A DNA stretch of 64,000 nucleotides from an uncultured Candidatus Rokubacteria bacterium (GTDB lineage Bacteria; Methylomirabilota; Methylomirabilia; Rokubacteriales; DASRDR01): positions 128,001 through 192,000 of the forward strand of contig CAVPSB010000031.1 in the NCBI GenBank assembly GCA_963708025.1, read 5' to 3'. Shown in pieces: positions 1 to 10,656 of this stretch. The position numbers and the translations under genes were made by a program. Positions within the stretch are counted from its first letter, which is position 1, and every line of letters starts with the position of its first letter. A model generated the notes under the pieces. The model saw nothing but the letters and a program-made list of their open reading frames with translations, had not been told where the DNA came from and made no database searches.

Positions 1-71
1 GATGCCACAGCCTCGGGTTCCCGCGGGGCTGGGTCGCAGGGCGGTCAGGGTGGGCCTGCGACCTGCCCGGC

Positions 72-100
72 TTGGCTCGTCTGCATCTTCGATGCATAAT
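72..100 (+). promoter_or_regulatory. vapBC promoter with palindromic operator
   Basis: TTGGCT(72-77)-17 nt-CATAAT(95-100); perfect inverted repeat TGCATC-ttc-GATGCA (82-96) overlaps it, typical of TA autoregulation. Confidence 0.55.
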
Positions 101-107
101 GGTCTGC

Positions 108-308
108 ATGAGAACCACGCTGAATCTCGATGAGCGCTTGATCAGAGAAGCGGGGCGCCTCACCGGACTTCGCGTCAAGACCGAAGTCATTCACGAGGGC
201 CTGCGCGCGCTGATCACCCGAGAGAGTGCTCGTCGGCTCGCTGCCCTTGGTGGCACCATGCCGGGTGCGAAGGCGCCGCCTCGCCGCCGTGCGCGCCGGG
301 CGCGCTGA
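108..308 (+). CDS. vapB: VapB-family antitoxin
   Basis: MRTTLNLDERLIREA...KTEVIHEGLRALI...AARRL-type pattern; stop overlaps the PIN gene start (TGATG). Confidence 0.85.
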   Translation: MRTTLNLDERLIREAGRLTGLRVKTEVIHEGLRALITRESARRLAALGGTMPGAKAPPRRRARRAR

Positions 309-670
309 TGCTGGTCGATACGTCGGTCTGGATCGACCACTTCCGCCGGTCCAATCTGGCTCTTGCTACTGCGCTCGAGCGAGGGGACGTGGAATGCCAC
401 GACTTCGTCCTCGGCGAGCTCGCCTGTGGCACGCTGCCTCGCCGGGACGACGTGCTGGTGTTCATGCAGACCCTGCCACGGATCGCCCCGGTACCCCACG
501 GTGATGTCATGGCGCTGGTGTCGGAACGCGGGCTCTGGGGGCGAGGGCTCGGCTGGGTTGACGTAAGCCTTCTCGCCGCCGTCCTCGTCGCCCGCGCCGG
601 TCTCTGGACGCTGGACCGTCGGCTGCGGCGAGTTGCTTCGAGCCTGGACGTCGGCTGGGAGCCGGCGTAA
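308..670 (+). CDS. vapC: PIN-domain VapC toxin
   Basis: MLVDTSVWIDHFR, GELACG, GWVD, LWTLDRRL acidic PIN motifs. Confidence 0.9.
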   Translation: MLVDTSVWIDHFRRSNLALATALERGDVECHDFVLGELACGTLPRRDDVLVFMQTLPRIAPVPHGDVMALVSERGLWGRGLGWVDVSLLAAVLVARAGLWTLDRRLRRVASSLDVGWEPA

Positions 671-772
671 GGCCCGTGAGCACGGGGCTGGACGGCGCTG
701 GAAGACTCATCAGGACGCTGGCGGAGCTGCGGCACGCAGGCGTGTCGTGGCTTCCCTGGTGAGAGGATAGCA

Positions 773-1720
773 ATGGCCGTCGAGTTCGGCGTGCTGCTTC
801 CGACCCGCGAGGCCGTCACGTCCGGCCGCCCGGAGACGGCCCCGCTCCTGACGATGGCCGAGCGTGCGGAGGCCGCGGGCTTCGACTCGGTGTGGATCGG
901 CGACTCGGTGACCGCCCGTCCGCGCCACGAGCCGCTCACCCTGCTCGCCGCCGTCGCCGCGCGCACGCGCCGGGTGCGCGTGGGCACCGCGGTCCTGCTC
1001 CCGGCGCTCCGCCAGCCGGTCGTGCTCGCCCACGTCGTCGGCACGCTGGACCGCGTCGCCGAGGGCCGGGTCGTCCTCGGCGTCGGCATCGCCTCCGACA
1101 TGCCGGCGATCCGCAAGGAGTTCGAGGCCGTCGGCGTGCCGTTCGAGCGTCGCGTCGGGCGCTTCCTCGAGACGCTGGAGATCTGCCGCGCGCTGTGGCG
1201 CCAGGACCACGTCAGCTTCGGCGGCAAGCACTTCACGCTCCAGGACGTCACGATGGAGCCGAAGCCGCACCGCCGCGGCGGGCCGCCCATCTGGATCGGC
1301 GGCAGCGGCCCCACCGCGCTCCGCGAGGCGGCCCGCTTCGACGCCTGGTTCCCCACCGGCCCGGGCGTCGAGTACTTCGCCGAGCACTTCCCCCGTGTCC
1401 AGGCCGCCGCCCGCGCCGCCGGCCGCCCGGCCGACGCCGTGACCGGCGCGGCCTACGTCACGCTCGCCCTCGACCCGAGCCCGGCCGCCGCCGAGCAGCG
1501 GCTCCACGCCTTCCTGGAGACGTACTACGCGGCGCCGGCGCGCGCGATCATGGCCCGCCAGGCCACCTACGCCGGCCCGATCGAGGGCTGCGTCGAGTGG
1601 CTCCAGCGCTGGATCGACGCCGGCTGCCGCCACTTCTGCCTCCGCTTCGCCGGCGGCGACCAGCTCGCCCAGGTGGACGAGACGGCCTCTCGCCTCCTGC
1701 CGCGGCTCCGGCGCGGCTGA
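773..1720 (+). CDS. LLM-class flavin-dependent oxidoreductase
   Basis: AEAAGFDSVWIGD, GRVVLGVG, PPIWIGG motifs. Confidence 0.9.
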   Translation: MAVEFGVLLPTREAVTSGRPETAPLLTMAERAEAAGFDSVWIGDSVTARPRHEPLTLLAAVAARTRRVRVGTAVLLPALRQPVVLAHVVGTLDRVAEGRVVLGVGIASDMPAIRKEFEAVGVPFERRVGRFLETLEICRALWRQDHVSFGGKHFTLQDVTMEPKPHRRGGPPIWIGGSGPTALREAARFDAWFPTGPGVEYFAEHFPRVQAAARAAGRPADAVTGAAYVTLALDPSPAAAEQRLHAFLETYYAAPARAIMARQATYAGPIEGCVEWLQRWIDAGCRHFCLRFAGGDQLAQVDETASRLLPRLRRG

Positions 1721-1737
1721 ACCGCGAAGGCCGGCCG

Positions 1738-2427
1738 TTGAAGACTATCGGGATCCTCGGGGGCCTCGGGCCCCAGGCCACGATGGACTTCGAGGCCCGC
1801 CTCCACCGGGCGGCCCAGCGGCTGATCCCGCAGCGCCAGGGCACCGGCTATCCTCCCCTGGTCGTCTACTACCACCGCCACCCACCGGTCCTCGTGACCG
1901 ACGAGGGTCTGCCGCGGCTGCCCATCCAGTGCGATCCCCGGCTGCTCGACGCCGCCCGACGGCTGGGCGCCTTCGTGGACTTCCTCGTCATCACGTCCAA
2001 CAGCCCCCACCTGTTCCAGGCCCAGATCGAGGAGGCGGCAGGGCGCCCGGTCCTGAGCATGATCGACCTGGCCCTGGCCGAGGTGCAGCGCCGGCGCTGG
2101 AAGACGGTGGGCGTCCTGGGGCTGGGCGACCCGATCGTCTACACCCGGCCGCTGGAGCGGCTGGGACTCGCGCCCGCGACGCTCGACGCCGGGCTGCGCG
2201 CCCGACTGGACCCCGCGATCTTCGGCCTGATGGAAGGGCGCGCCGACGCCGCCTCGTCGGCCATCGCCCGCGAGGCGGTCGCCGCGCTCCGCGCGCGCAG
2301 CGTCAACGGGATCATCCTCGGCTGCACCGAGATCCCCCTGCTGCTCCGGGACGCCGCCGACGCACCGGACCTGATCGACCCGGCCCAGCTCCTCGTTGAC
2401 GCCGCGCTGAGTCACGCATTGACCTGA
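1738..2427 (+). CDS. aspartate/glutamate racemase family protein
   Basis: TTG start; KTIGILGGLGPQAT and IILGCTEIP motifs; first catalytic Cys appears as Ser (TSNSPH). Confidence 0.85.
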   Translation: MKTIGILGGLGPQATMDFEARLHRAAQRLIPQRQGTGYPPLVVYYHRHPPVLVTDEGLPRLPIQCDPRLLDAARRLGAFVDFLVITSNSPHLFQAQIEEAAGRPVLSMIDLALAEVQRRRWKTVGVLGLGDPIVYTRPLERLGLAPATLDAGLRARLDPAIFGLMEGRADAASSAIAREAVAALRARSVNGIILGCTEIPLLLRDAADAPDLIDPAQLLVDAALSHALT

Positions 2428-2611
2428 CCCGGCGGCCCCGCCCCGGGAGCTCTCGTCTGGCCGCCTTGCGCGAAGGCCCTGACTTCGACATCGGAACCCG
2501 GCGATGCGGGGGCGCTCCCGAAGACGGCTGGCGTGCGACCCCCGTCGCGGAGAGGGACTCGCCGGCTGGACCTGGCACGGTTCCCAGCCGGCGAGCGCCA
2601 GGCGCGGTGGC

Positions 2612-3058
2612 TCACGGGGAACTGATCGCCACCGCCGTCTTGCCGGACAGGACAATGGTCAGCATGAGGTCGTCAAAGCCCCCAGAAAGCCGCATCGCCG
2701 TGACCTTGGCCGGGGACAGCCGATAGGTCGCCACCAGCGTCAACGTTTGGTCGAAGATCTGGAGCACCGCAGATTCGAACTTCTGACCCACCGCGAGGGC
2801 AGCGAGGTCGCTTCGCGAGAAAGACAGGGTGACGCTCAGCGTGTCTTCCTGCTTCGAGTCGGCATTCAGGTCGATCGCCGTGGCGAAGCCCGTCGGGCCG
2901 CCCGCCAACGTGAGCCCAAATACGAAGCCGACGACACCGGGGCCTGGGCCCTCGGCCGCGCCCCAGGCTCGACTCACCTCTCCCCCGAGCACCACGGCGC
3001 TCATGACCACAGCCGCGATCAAGCTCGTTCGCCTGCCTCGTGTCAGCCACCGCGTCAT
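2612..3058 (-). CDS. secreted hypothetical protein, possible Hcp/tail-tube-like fold
   Basis: N-terminal signal peptide, GGAG RBS; beta-strand pattern LAVGQKFESAVLQ...TYRLSPAKVTAMRLSG resembles Hcp. Confidence 0.55.
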   Translation of the reverse strand: MTRWLTRGRRTSLIAAVVMSAVVLGGEVSRAWGAAEGPGPGVVGFVFGLTLAGGPTGFATAIDLNADSKQEDTLSVTLSFSRSDLAALAVGQKFESAVLQIFDQTLTLVATYRLSPAKVTAMRLSGGFDDLMLTIVLSGKTAVAISSP

Positions 3059-3077
3059 TGCTGTTCCCTCCTGTCCT

Positions 3078-3225
3078 GAGGTCTTGTCCATGTGCAAACG
3101 AGCTCAGGCGGCGGCCTTCCTCTCGGCCGTGCTCTGGCTCGGCTTCCCCCGCGCGCCGTTGATGTACGTCACGCCCTCCGCTCCCTCGGCCCGCAGCTCG
3201 GGCGCGTCGAGCTGCCGCCGGACCG
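3078..3225 (-). mobile_element. degenerate IS256-family right end (transposase C-terminus plus terminal repeat)
   Basis: peptide RQLDAPELRAEGAEGVTYINGARGK...RKAAA* resembles IS256 transposase C-termini; followed by GAGGTCTTGTC...TGTGCAAA TIR-like sequence. Confidence 0.45.
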
Positions 3226-3355
3226 TGCGCCGGTGACCCGGCCGGGCCGGTCCCGGTCCAGCCGGGCGATGGACGCAGCACGTCCCCACCGGGGCCGGGC
3301 TCTCCAGGCGGCCGCGACCCCAGCGTGGAGCCGCTGCCGCGACGGGGCAGGCATG

Positions 3356-4991
3356 CTACGCGCCGTTGCTGAGCCGGTCCCGCCACAGGATGTGGTCCAG
3401 GCAGCGCTCGGCGAGGGCGCCGATGGTGAACGACGGATTGGCGAGGCCGGTGGACCCTTCGATCAGGGCGCCGTCCACCACGTACAGGCCCGGGTAGCGC
3501 TTCACCCGCCCGTCGAGATCGCAGGCCTTGCCCAGGACGGCGCCGCCGAGCGGGTGGGCGGACACGAACGGGTTGATCGAGAGCGTCAGCGATCCATTGC
3601 GCTGGTCCAGGACCGCGAGGGTCTGCTGCGCCGCGGCCAGGAAGTTGGCCAGCCGGGGATCGGCGGCGGGCCAGTTCAGGTCGACGGCATCGGCGGCGGG
3701 GTCGTAGGCGAAGGAGCCGATCGCGGGCGGGATGCCCAGGCTCGCGTAGTTGGCGAAGTGCGGCGGCGCGCCGACGGCCGAGAGCGCGGCGTTGATGTGG
3801 GGGGGCAGCACGAGCTCGACGAGGCTGGTGGGCCCGAACGGGTTGTCGAGGTCCTCCAGGATGAAGTGCCCGGCGGGGCCGCCCGTCCCCGCGTTGGTCG
3901 GCGGCAGGAGGCCCCGCGTCACGGGCAGGTCGCCGTTGGCCGCCCAGTGCTGGCCGACGTGGTCGTTCAGCGCCGGCAGCGCCCCCGTGGCCCGCGCGCG
4001 GACGAGCAGGCTCGTCGTGCCGACGGAGCCCGCGGCGAGGAACAGGTACTTGCACACCAGGCGCCGGGGCGCGCCCACGACGTCCCCGTCGTCGCTGAGG
4101 CGGAGCGTCGTCACCACGTAGCGGCCGCCGGGACCCCGCTCGATCGCGACCACCTGGTGCAGGGGCAGGATCTCGACGTGGCCCGTCGCCTCGGCCCGGG
4201 CGAGGTAGTTGCGATCGAGGCTGCGCTTGGCCCCGCTGTTGAGCCCGTAGAACGACTGCCCGGCGATGGCGGAGGGGACCCGCCGGCCGGCGATCTCGTC
4301 GCGCACGATGTCCCAGTCGACGGCCAGGTCGACCGGGCGCGTCGGGAATCCCGCCGTCCGGGCCTGGGCCAGGCTCACGCGGCTGGAGCGGTAGTACTCC
4401 GTGGCCAGGATGTCGTCGGGAATCGGCGCCGAGCGGATGATCCCCTTGACGCGCGGGTAGTACACGTCCTCCATCTCGTCGAAGTCGATCTGCCCGCGGG
4501 AAGAGGCGCTCGAAGAGCTCGCGGCGCGGCTTCACGATGATGGCGTTGAAGACGAGCGAGCCGCCGCCCACGCCCGCGCCGGCGCCGATGTAGATGCCGT
4601 TGCCCTCGGTGACGCCGTTGCCCTCGATGACCTCGAGGACGCCGACGTACCGGTCGATGGGCTTCTCGAGCTGGGGCAGGCCCAGGATCGCCTCGCCGGT
4701 GCGGTCGCGCAGCCAGTAGGCGCGCCCGTCGGGCTGCTCGAACGTCGCGAAGGTGTCGCCGTCGCGCCGGATCGGCCAGCGCCGGCCCCGCTCGAGCACG
4801 ACGGTGTCGATGCCGGCGTGCCCGAGCCTCAGCGCGGCGACCGCGCCGCCGAAGCCGCTGCCGATGACGACGGCGGGAACGAAGTCGGAGTGGCGTGCCC
4901 ACGCCCGGTGGCTGGAGCCGACGAGGCCGGCGCCGGCCGCCGCGAGAATTCCGCCTCGCAGGAACTGGCGCCTCGAGAGGTCCCTGGACAT
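3356..4991 (-). CDS. Tat-exported GMC oxidoreductase, cholesterol oxidase-like (copy A; +1 frameshift near 4491)
   Basis: SRRQFL Tat motif, VVIGSGFGG FAD site, GVGGGSLV, AHPLGG, NPSFTI; split between ORFs 2673-5021 and 3356-4474. Confidence 0.85.
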
Positions 4992-5017
4992 GGCGTTTCC
5001 CCCTTGCTTCCAGTCGG

Positions 5018-5290
5018 TCATGGCCGCTGGGCGTCCTGGATGATCCCGTCGAGCAGCTCGGCGGGGTCGGAGATCAGCATGCCGTGTACCGCGTCCGGGC
5101 CGGACACCTCGACGAGCCCGGTTCGCCGGCGGTCAGGTACTCGTGGAGCAGGGCCTGCTCCTCCGGGCGGACGATGACGTCCTGCTCGAAGCCGACGACC
5201 CGCATGCGTGGTCCGGGCGTGGGGGCGAAGATCCTGGCCTCGATCGAGGGGTGGGCCAGAGGCGGCGCGCCGATCAGGGCAAGCGCGGGA
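5018..5290 (-). pseudogene. C-terminal fragment of an alpha/beta-hydrolase-like gene, cut at the inverted-repeat element
   Basis: VVGFEQDVIVRPEEQ...EVSGPDAVHGMLISDP resembles the catalytic Asp/His half; no N-terminal half. Confidence 0.4.
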
Positions 5291-5486
5291 GGGGTCAGGC
5301 TTTGACTTCTTGACACTTCGAGGAACCCGAGGGGAGGTCGGCAGGCCGCCTGCCGGGCGGAGTGGTCCCGGTGCGGCGGCCGCGAGGGTCTCCTCACTGG
5401 TTCGCCCGGACATGGGGCACCACGCAAACTGGCCGCGTGCCCGTTCAGCGGCAGACGCCATTGTTCAGAAGTCAAAGCCTGACCCC
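5291..5486. mobile_element. 196-bp MITE/REPIN-like element
   Basis: perfect 20-bp inverted repeats GGGGTCAGGCTTTGACTTCT (5291-5310) and AGAAGTCAAAGCCTGACCCC (5467-5486). Confidence 0.7.
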
Positions 5487-5545
5487 ATCCTGCGCTCCGT
5501 GATCATCGGGTCCTCCTCCGGTTCCCAGCAGTCATCCCCGTGTCG

Positions 5546-6982
5546 CTACAGCGCGAACGGGAGTGACGCGGGCGGCGTGGCCTGGCCGGAGCCGTTGTCG
5601 CCCCAGCACGCCACGGTCCCGTCGCCCCGGATGCCGCACGTGTGAGTGCGCCCCGCGGAGACCTGGCTGAAGGGGCCGCCGGGCGGCGTGGCCTGGCCGG
5701 AGCCGTTGTCGCCCCAGCACGCCACGGTCCCGTCGCCCCGGATGCCGCACGTGTGCAAGCCCCCCGCGGAGACCTGGCTGAAGGGGCCGCCGGGCGGCGT
5801 GGCCGCGCCGAAGCCGTTGAAACCCCAGCACGCCACGGTCCCGTCGCCCTGGATGCCGCACGTGTGAAAGCCCCCCGCGGAGACCTGGCTGAAGGGGCCG
5901 CCGGGCGGCGTGGCCTGGCCGGAGCCGTTGACGCCCCAGCACGCCACGGTCCCGTCGCCCCGGATGCCGCACGTGTAATTGACCCCCGCGGAGACCTGGC
6001 TGAAGGGGCCGCCGGGCGGCGTGGCCTGGCCGGAGGCGTTGACGCCCCAGCACGCCACGGTCCCGTCGCCCCGGATGCCGCACGTGTGACTGACCCCCGC
6101 GGAGACCTGGCTGAAGGGGCCGCCGGGCGGCGTGGCCTGGCCGAAGCCGTTGACACCCCAGCACGCCACGGTCCCGTCGCCCCGGATGCCGCACGTGCTC
6201 AGGCCCCCCGCGGAGACCTGGCTGAAGGGGCCGCCGGGCGGCGTGGCCTGGCCGAAGAAGTTGTCGCCCCAGCACAGGACCCCGCCGAGGCGGGTCAGCC
6301 CGCAGGTATGACTGTTGCCCGCGTCCACTCCGGGCTGCGTCGCGAACGCAGCTCTCAGCACGACGCCACCCGGGCAGGTCAGCGTGACCAGGCCGAGGGT
6401 GCCGTCGAACGCGGCCGCGCAGCCGCCTCCCGAGCCCGGCGGTCCCTGCGGCCCCTGGGCGCCCGTGGCCCCGGTCTCGCCCTTCTCTCCCGGGATCCCC
6501 TGAACGCCCTGGAGCCCCGGCAGCCCCTGGATCCCCTGGATTCCCTGCGGCCCTGGCTCCCCCTGGACGCCCTGCATGCCTGGCGGCCCCTGAGGTCCTG
6601 GCTTTCCCTGGGGTCCCGGATCACCCGGCGGCCCCGGCTCGCCCCCGCCGCCGATCGCCACCTCGAACGGAAGCGCCGGGATCGGGAGCGCGCCGCCGCG
6701 GATCACCAGGAGTTGGTAGCTGGCCGGCTCGATGCCGACCGGCAGCGCGGCGACGATCTCCGTCGGCGAGTGGAGGAGCACCGTCAGCGGCACCCCGGCG
6801 AGCCGCACGCCGGGCGTCGCCGGCCCGAAGTTCACGCCCCAGACCGTGAGCCGCAGGCTCTCCAGGTCCGCGTCCACCCGCAGGATCAGCGGCACGGGCA
6901 GGTCGGCCCGCGCCGCGACCGCGAAGAGCAGCACCGTGATGATCCCGAACAGCCCCACCCCCAGCCGTCCCACCCTGGTCAT
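5546..6982 (-). CDS. secreted protein: Ig/IPT-like domain, collagen Gly-X-Y stalk, 7 RCC1/BLIP-II repeats (copy A)
   Basis: signal peptide; GxNFG..P.V.L.G motif; GPQ/GPP triplets; VSAGxxHTCG...VACWGxNxxGQATPP x7. Confidence 0.9.
   Translation of the reverse strand: MTRVGRLGVGLFGIITVLLFAVAARADLPVPLILRVDADLESLRLTVWGVNFGPATPGVRLAGVPLTVLLHSPTEIVAALPVGIEPASYQLLVIRGGALPIPALPFEVAIGGGGEPGPPGDPGPQGKPGPQGPPGMQGVQGEPGPQGIQGIQGLPGLQGVQGIPGEKGETGATGAQGPQGPPGSGGGCAAAFDGTLGLVTLTCPGGVVLRAAFATQPGVDAGNSHTCGLTRLGGVLCWGDNFFGQATPPGGPFSQVSAGGLSTCGIRGDGTVACWGVNGFGQATPPGGPFSQVSAGVSHTCGIRGDGTVACWGVNASGQATPPGGPFSQVSAGVNYTCGIRGDGTVACWGVNGSGQATPPGGPFSQVSAGGFHTCGIQGDGTVACWGFNGFGAATPPGGPFSQVSAGGLHTCGIRGDGTVACWGDNGSGQATPPGGPFSQVSAGRTHTCGIRGDGTVACWGDNGSGQATPPASLPFAL
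5570..6328 (-). repeat. intragenic tandem repeat, 7 x 111 bp
   Basis: near-identical 37-codon units. Confidence 0.95.
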
Positions 6983-6983
6983 G

Positions 6984-7253
6984 TCACGACCCTCCCTCGC
7001 CTCGAAGCCGCCTGAACATCGTCTCGATCACGGAGCCCAGCGTCTCCAGCCCCCGGAAGGTCTCCTTGCGCCCGGTCCGGACGGCCTCGACCACGCCCCG
7101 CAGCGCGCCGTCCGCGTCCTCGCTCACCGACACGACGAAGGAGCGGCGCACCCACGGCGCCTCGTCTCCGGCCGGCACCGGCCGCTCGGAGGGCGGGCTC
7201 CCGGTTGACCCGGAGGGCCCTGGGGAGCGCTCGCCTCGCCGTGTCGCTTTCAC
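6984..7253 (-). CDS. small conserved hypothetical protein (copy A; start uncertain)
   Basis: SFVVSV...[23 protein letters not shown] is homologous to 19617-19814. Confidence 0.65.
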   Translation of the reverse strand: MKATRRGERSPGPSGSTGSPPSERPVPAGDEAPWVRRSFVVSVSEDADGALRGVVEAVRTGRKETFRGLETLGSVIETMFRRLRGEGGS

Positions 7254-7357
7254 CGCGCCATCGTCCACCCGGCTCGTGAACGATGCGTTAAAGCCGCGCC
7301 GACACAGGCTTGTCATGGGCGGGTCCGTGGGGTAGGGTAGGGCCCGGTCGCCACCTC

Positions 7358-10300
7358 ATGGCGCGGCTCACGCTGACGCTGCTCGGGGGGTTCGAGGGCC
7401 GGCTCGACGAGAGCCATCCCCTCTCGCTGTCCGCCCGCAAGGCCTGGGCGCTCCTCGCCTACCTCGCCGTGCCGCCCGGCCGGGCGCACCCCCGGGACAA
7501 ACTGGCCGCGCTGCTCTGGGGCGGAGTTCCCGAGCCCCAGGCCCGGACGAGTCTCCGCCAGGCGCTCTTCGCTCTCCGGCGCGCCCTGGGCGAGGCCGCC
7601 CCCCTCCTGGTGATGGAAGGCGAGGGCGTGAGCCTGGCCGCGCCGGGCGTGGCGGTGGACGCGGTCCGCTTCGAGCAGGGGCTGGGCGCCGACGGTCGGG
7701 TCCCGCTCGAATCCGCGGTCGAGCTCTACCGGGGAGACTTGCTCGCCGGCCTGGCCGTGGACGAGCCGCCCTTCGAGGAGTGGCTCATGGCGCAGCGCGA
7801 GCGCCTGCGGGAGCTGGCGCTGGAAGGCCTCGCCCGTCTCCTGGCCCGCCAGCGGGCGGCCGGCGCCCTGGAGGCGGGGGTGACACCGCGATCCGCCTGC
7901 TCGCCATCGACCCGCTGCAGGAGGTGGGACACCGCACCCTCATGCGGCTCTATGCCGCGCTCGGCCGCCGTGGCGACGCGCTCCGCCAGTACCGGGAGTG
8001 CGTCGCCGTGCTCGCGCGCGAGCTAGAGGCGGAGCCCGAGGCAGAGACGCGACACCTGTACCAGGAGATCCTGCGCGAGAGGCTCGGCCGACCGTCCCGG
8101 GCCGACCGTGACCGGACGGCGGCCGACCCGCTCACGACGCCGCGTCGCGACCTTGCGCCACTGGCGTCGGGGCTCACGGAGGTGCCGCTCGTGGGCCGAG
8201 CGGCCGAGCTCGATCTTCTCCGGGCGGCGCTCGACACGGCCTGGGCGGGGCATCCGCGGCTCTTCCTCGTGCGGGGCGAGGCGGGGATCGGCAAGAGCCG
8301 GCTGATCGCCGAGGGGACCACCGGAGCGGTGCGCCGAGGGGGCCGGGTCCTCGTCGGCCAGTGCCACGAGAGCGAACAGGCCTTGCCGTTCGGCCCCTGG
8401 GTTGACCTCCTGCGAACGGCGCTGGCCGAGCTCGGCCCCCAGCTCGCCGGCCTGGCCCCCGCCTGGCGGGTCGAGCTGGCGCGGCTCCTCCCGGAGCTGA
8501 GCGACGCGGCGGCGTCGCCGCCCGAAGGTCCGGCCCACCACCGGCGCCTCTTCGAGGCCGTGGCGACATTCGCCCACACCCTGGCGCGGTCACGGCCCCT
8601 CGTCCTGGTCCTGGAGGACCTCCACTGGGCCGACGAGCCGAGCCTCCGGCTCGCGGTCTCCCTCTGCCGCCGTCTCGGAGACGCGCCCGTCCTCGTCGTG
8701 GCGAGCGTCCGCGAGGAAGACCTGGCCGACACGCCCGAGCGCGCCCACGTGCTCGACCTCGTCACGGAGGCGGCGGCGACGGTGACCCTCGGGCCGCTCT
8801 CCCGTCCCGATATCGCCCGCCTGGTCGCGGCGCTCGGCCGGCGCGGGGCCGACGTGATGACCACGAGCCAGCTGGCCGACCGCGTGTGGGCCGTGAGCGA
8901 GGGGCATCCGCTCATGGCCGTCGAGGCCACCCGGGCCTACGGGGCCGAGCCGGAGGCCCCCGGGGCCGGGCCGGAAGCCCCCGCGGCCAGGCTGGCGCTC
9001 CCCGAGCGCATCCACGACCTCGTCGTGCGGCGCCTTCGCCGGGTGAGCGACGCCGGCCGCGCCGTTCTCGCGGGGGCGGCGGTCGCCGGACGCCCGGTCG
9101 ACTTCGCGGTCCTGCAGCAGGCGGCCGGTCTCGCCGAGGCGGATGCCGCGGCGGCCGTCGAGGAGCTCGTGCGGCGCCGGCTCCTGCGCGAGGTCGGCGA
9201 GGGGCTCGTGCTCACGCACGACCGCGTGCGAGAGGTGGTGTACGGGGGGCTCCTCGCCCCGCGGCGGCGGCTGCTGCACCGGCGGGTGGCCGAGGCCCTC
9301 GAGGCCCAGGTCAGCGGGCGCACCGAGCCGCACGCGCTCGCGCTCGGCCGCCACTTCGAGGCAGCGGAAGCGTGGGACAAGGCCGCCCGGTACCTGCGCC
9401 AGGCGGGGCTCGACGCCTTCGCCCGGGGCGCCAGCCGCGAGGCGGCGCAGTCGCTCGAGCGGGCGCTCGGGGCGGCGGAGCGGCTTCCGGCCGGCCGGCC
9501 CCGCCAGGAGCAGCTGATCGATCTCCGGCTCGACCTGCGCCTGGCGCTGGCCCCGCTGGGCGAGGTCGAGCGCGTCCTCCGGTACCTGGAGGAGGCCCGC
9601 AGCCTCGCCACGACCCTGGGGGACGCGCGCCGGTCGGCGCGCGCCAGCGTGCTGATGAGCTACTGCTTCCACTGGATGGGCCAGCCGGCCCGCGGCCTCG
9701 AGTCGGCCCGCCAGGCCCTGGCGATCGCGTCCGACCTGGACGACCGGGTCCTCGCCATCGAGGCCAGCTACCACCTCGGCCAGACGGCCATCCCCCTCGG
9801 GCGCTTCCGCGACGCGCTCGAGGCGCAGCAGAAGGTCCTCGCGCTCCTCGAAGGCGCCGGGGGCGATGTCCGCCTGAGTCTCCCCTACCGGCCCGCCGTC
9901 GCGTGCCGGATCTACATCGGCCTCTGCCTCGGCTTCCTGGGGGAGTTCGCGGACGCCGGCGTGTCCCGGCAGGAGGGGCTCCGGCTGGCGGAATCGGTGG
10001 ACCACGTGAACACCCGCGCGTTCGCGCTCCAGGGTGCCGGGTGGCTCGCCCTGATCCAGGGCGAGGCGCTCGAGGCGATCCCGCCGCTCGAGCGGGCCCT
10101 CGAGATCTGCACCCGGTTCGACATCGTCCCGACGTGGCCGGTGGCCGCCACGCTGCTCGGCTGGGCGTACGCCCTGACCGGACGACCGCCGGAGGGCATC
10201 GCGCTCGTCGAGGAAGCCGAGCAGCGGAGCGCCCGACTCCGGCTGGAGCTCGTCCACGGCGGAGCCCTGGCCGCACTGTCCGAGGCCTATCTCCTGGGCG

Positions 10301-10656
10301 ACCGCCGGGCCGACGCGCAGGCGGCCAGCCAGCGCGCCCTCGAGGCGGCGCGGGCTCACCAGCAGCGGTGGCAGGAGGCCGAAGCGCTCAGGGTCCGGGG
10401 CGACATCGTGGCGGCCGGAGCGGCCGGGCTCGAGGCGGATTCCTGGTACGGGGAGGCCCTGGCGCTGGCCTCGACGCTCGGCATGGCGCCCCTCGTGGCG
10501 CGGTGCCGGTTCGCGCGCGCGATGCTGCTCCGCCGGGAGGGGCACGAGGAAGACGCGCAGGCAGAGATGGAGGCCGCACGCCAGTCGTTCCGACGCATGG
10601 GCATGAAGACCTGGCTGGAGCGGACGGAGGCGACCCTCATCGGGGGAGCGCTGATC
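7358..10656 (+). CDS. SARP/BTAD-AAA ATPase-TPR transcriptional activator (copy A; frameshift near 7882; no stop before the next gene as read)
   Basis: LTLLGGF, LLAYLA, REKLA-type RDKLAALLWG, LYRGDLLAG, FEEWL; Walker A GEAGIGKS; LVLEDLHWAD; helical TPR tail. Confidence 0.85.

Noticed and set aside
4480-4510. Frameshift at nearly the same place in both oxidase copies, suggesting programmed frameshifting
   Set aside because: The extra bases differ and lie about 15 nt apart; each copy corrects the other, and scattered indels throughout the window indicate sequencing error
5570-6328. Regular repeats with short variable segments resembling a CRISPR array (also 18374-18910)
   Set aside because: Period is 111 bp, in frame within a protein; variable parts are only a few codons; no cas genes
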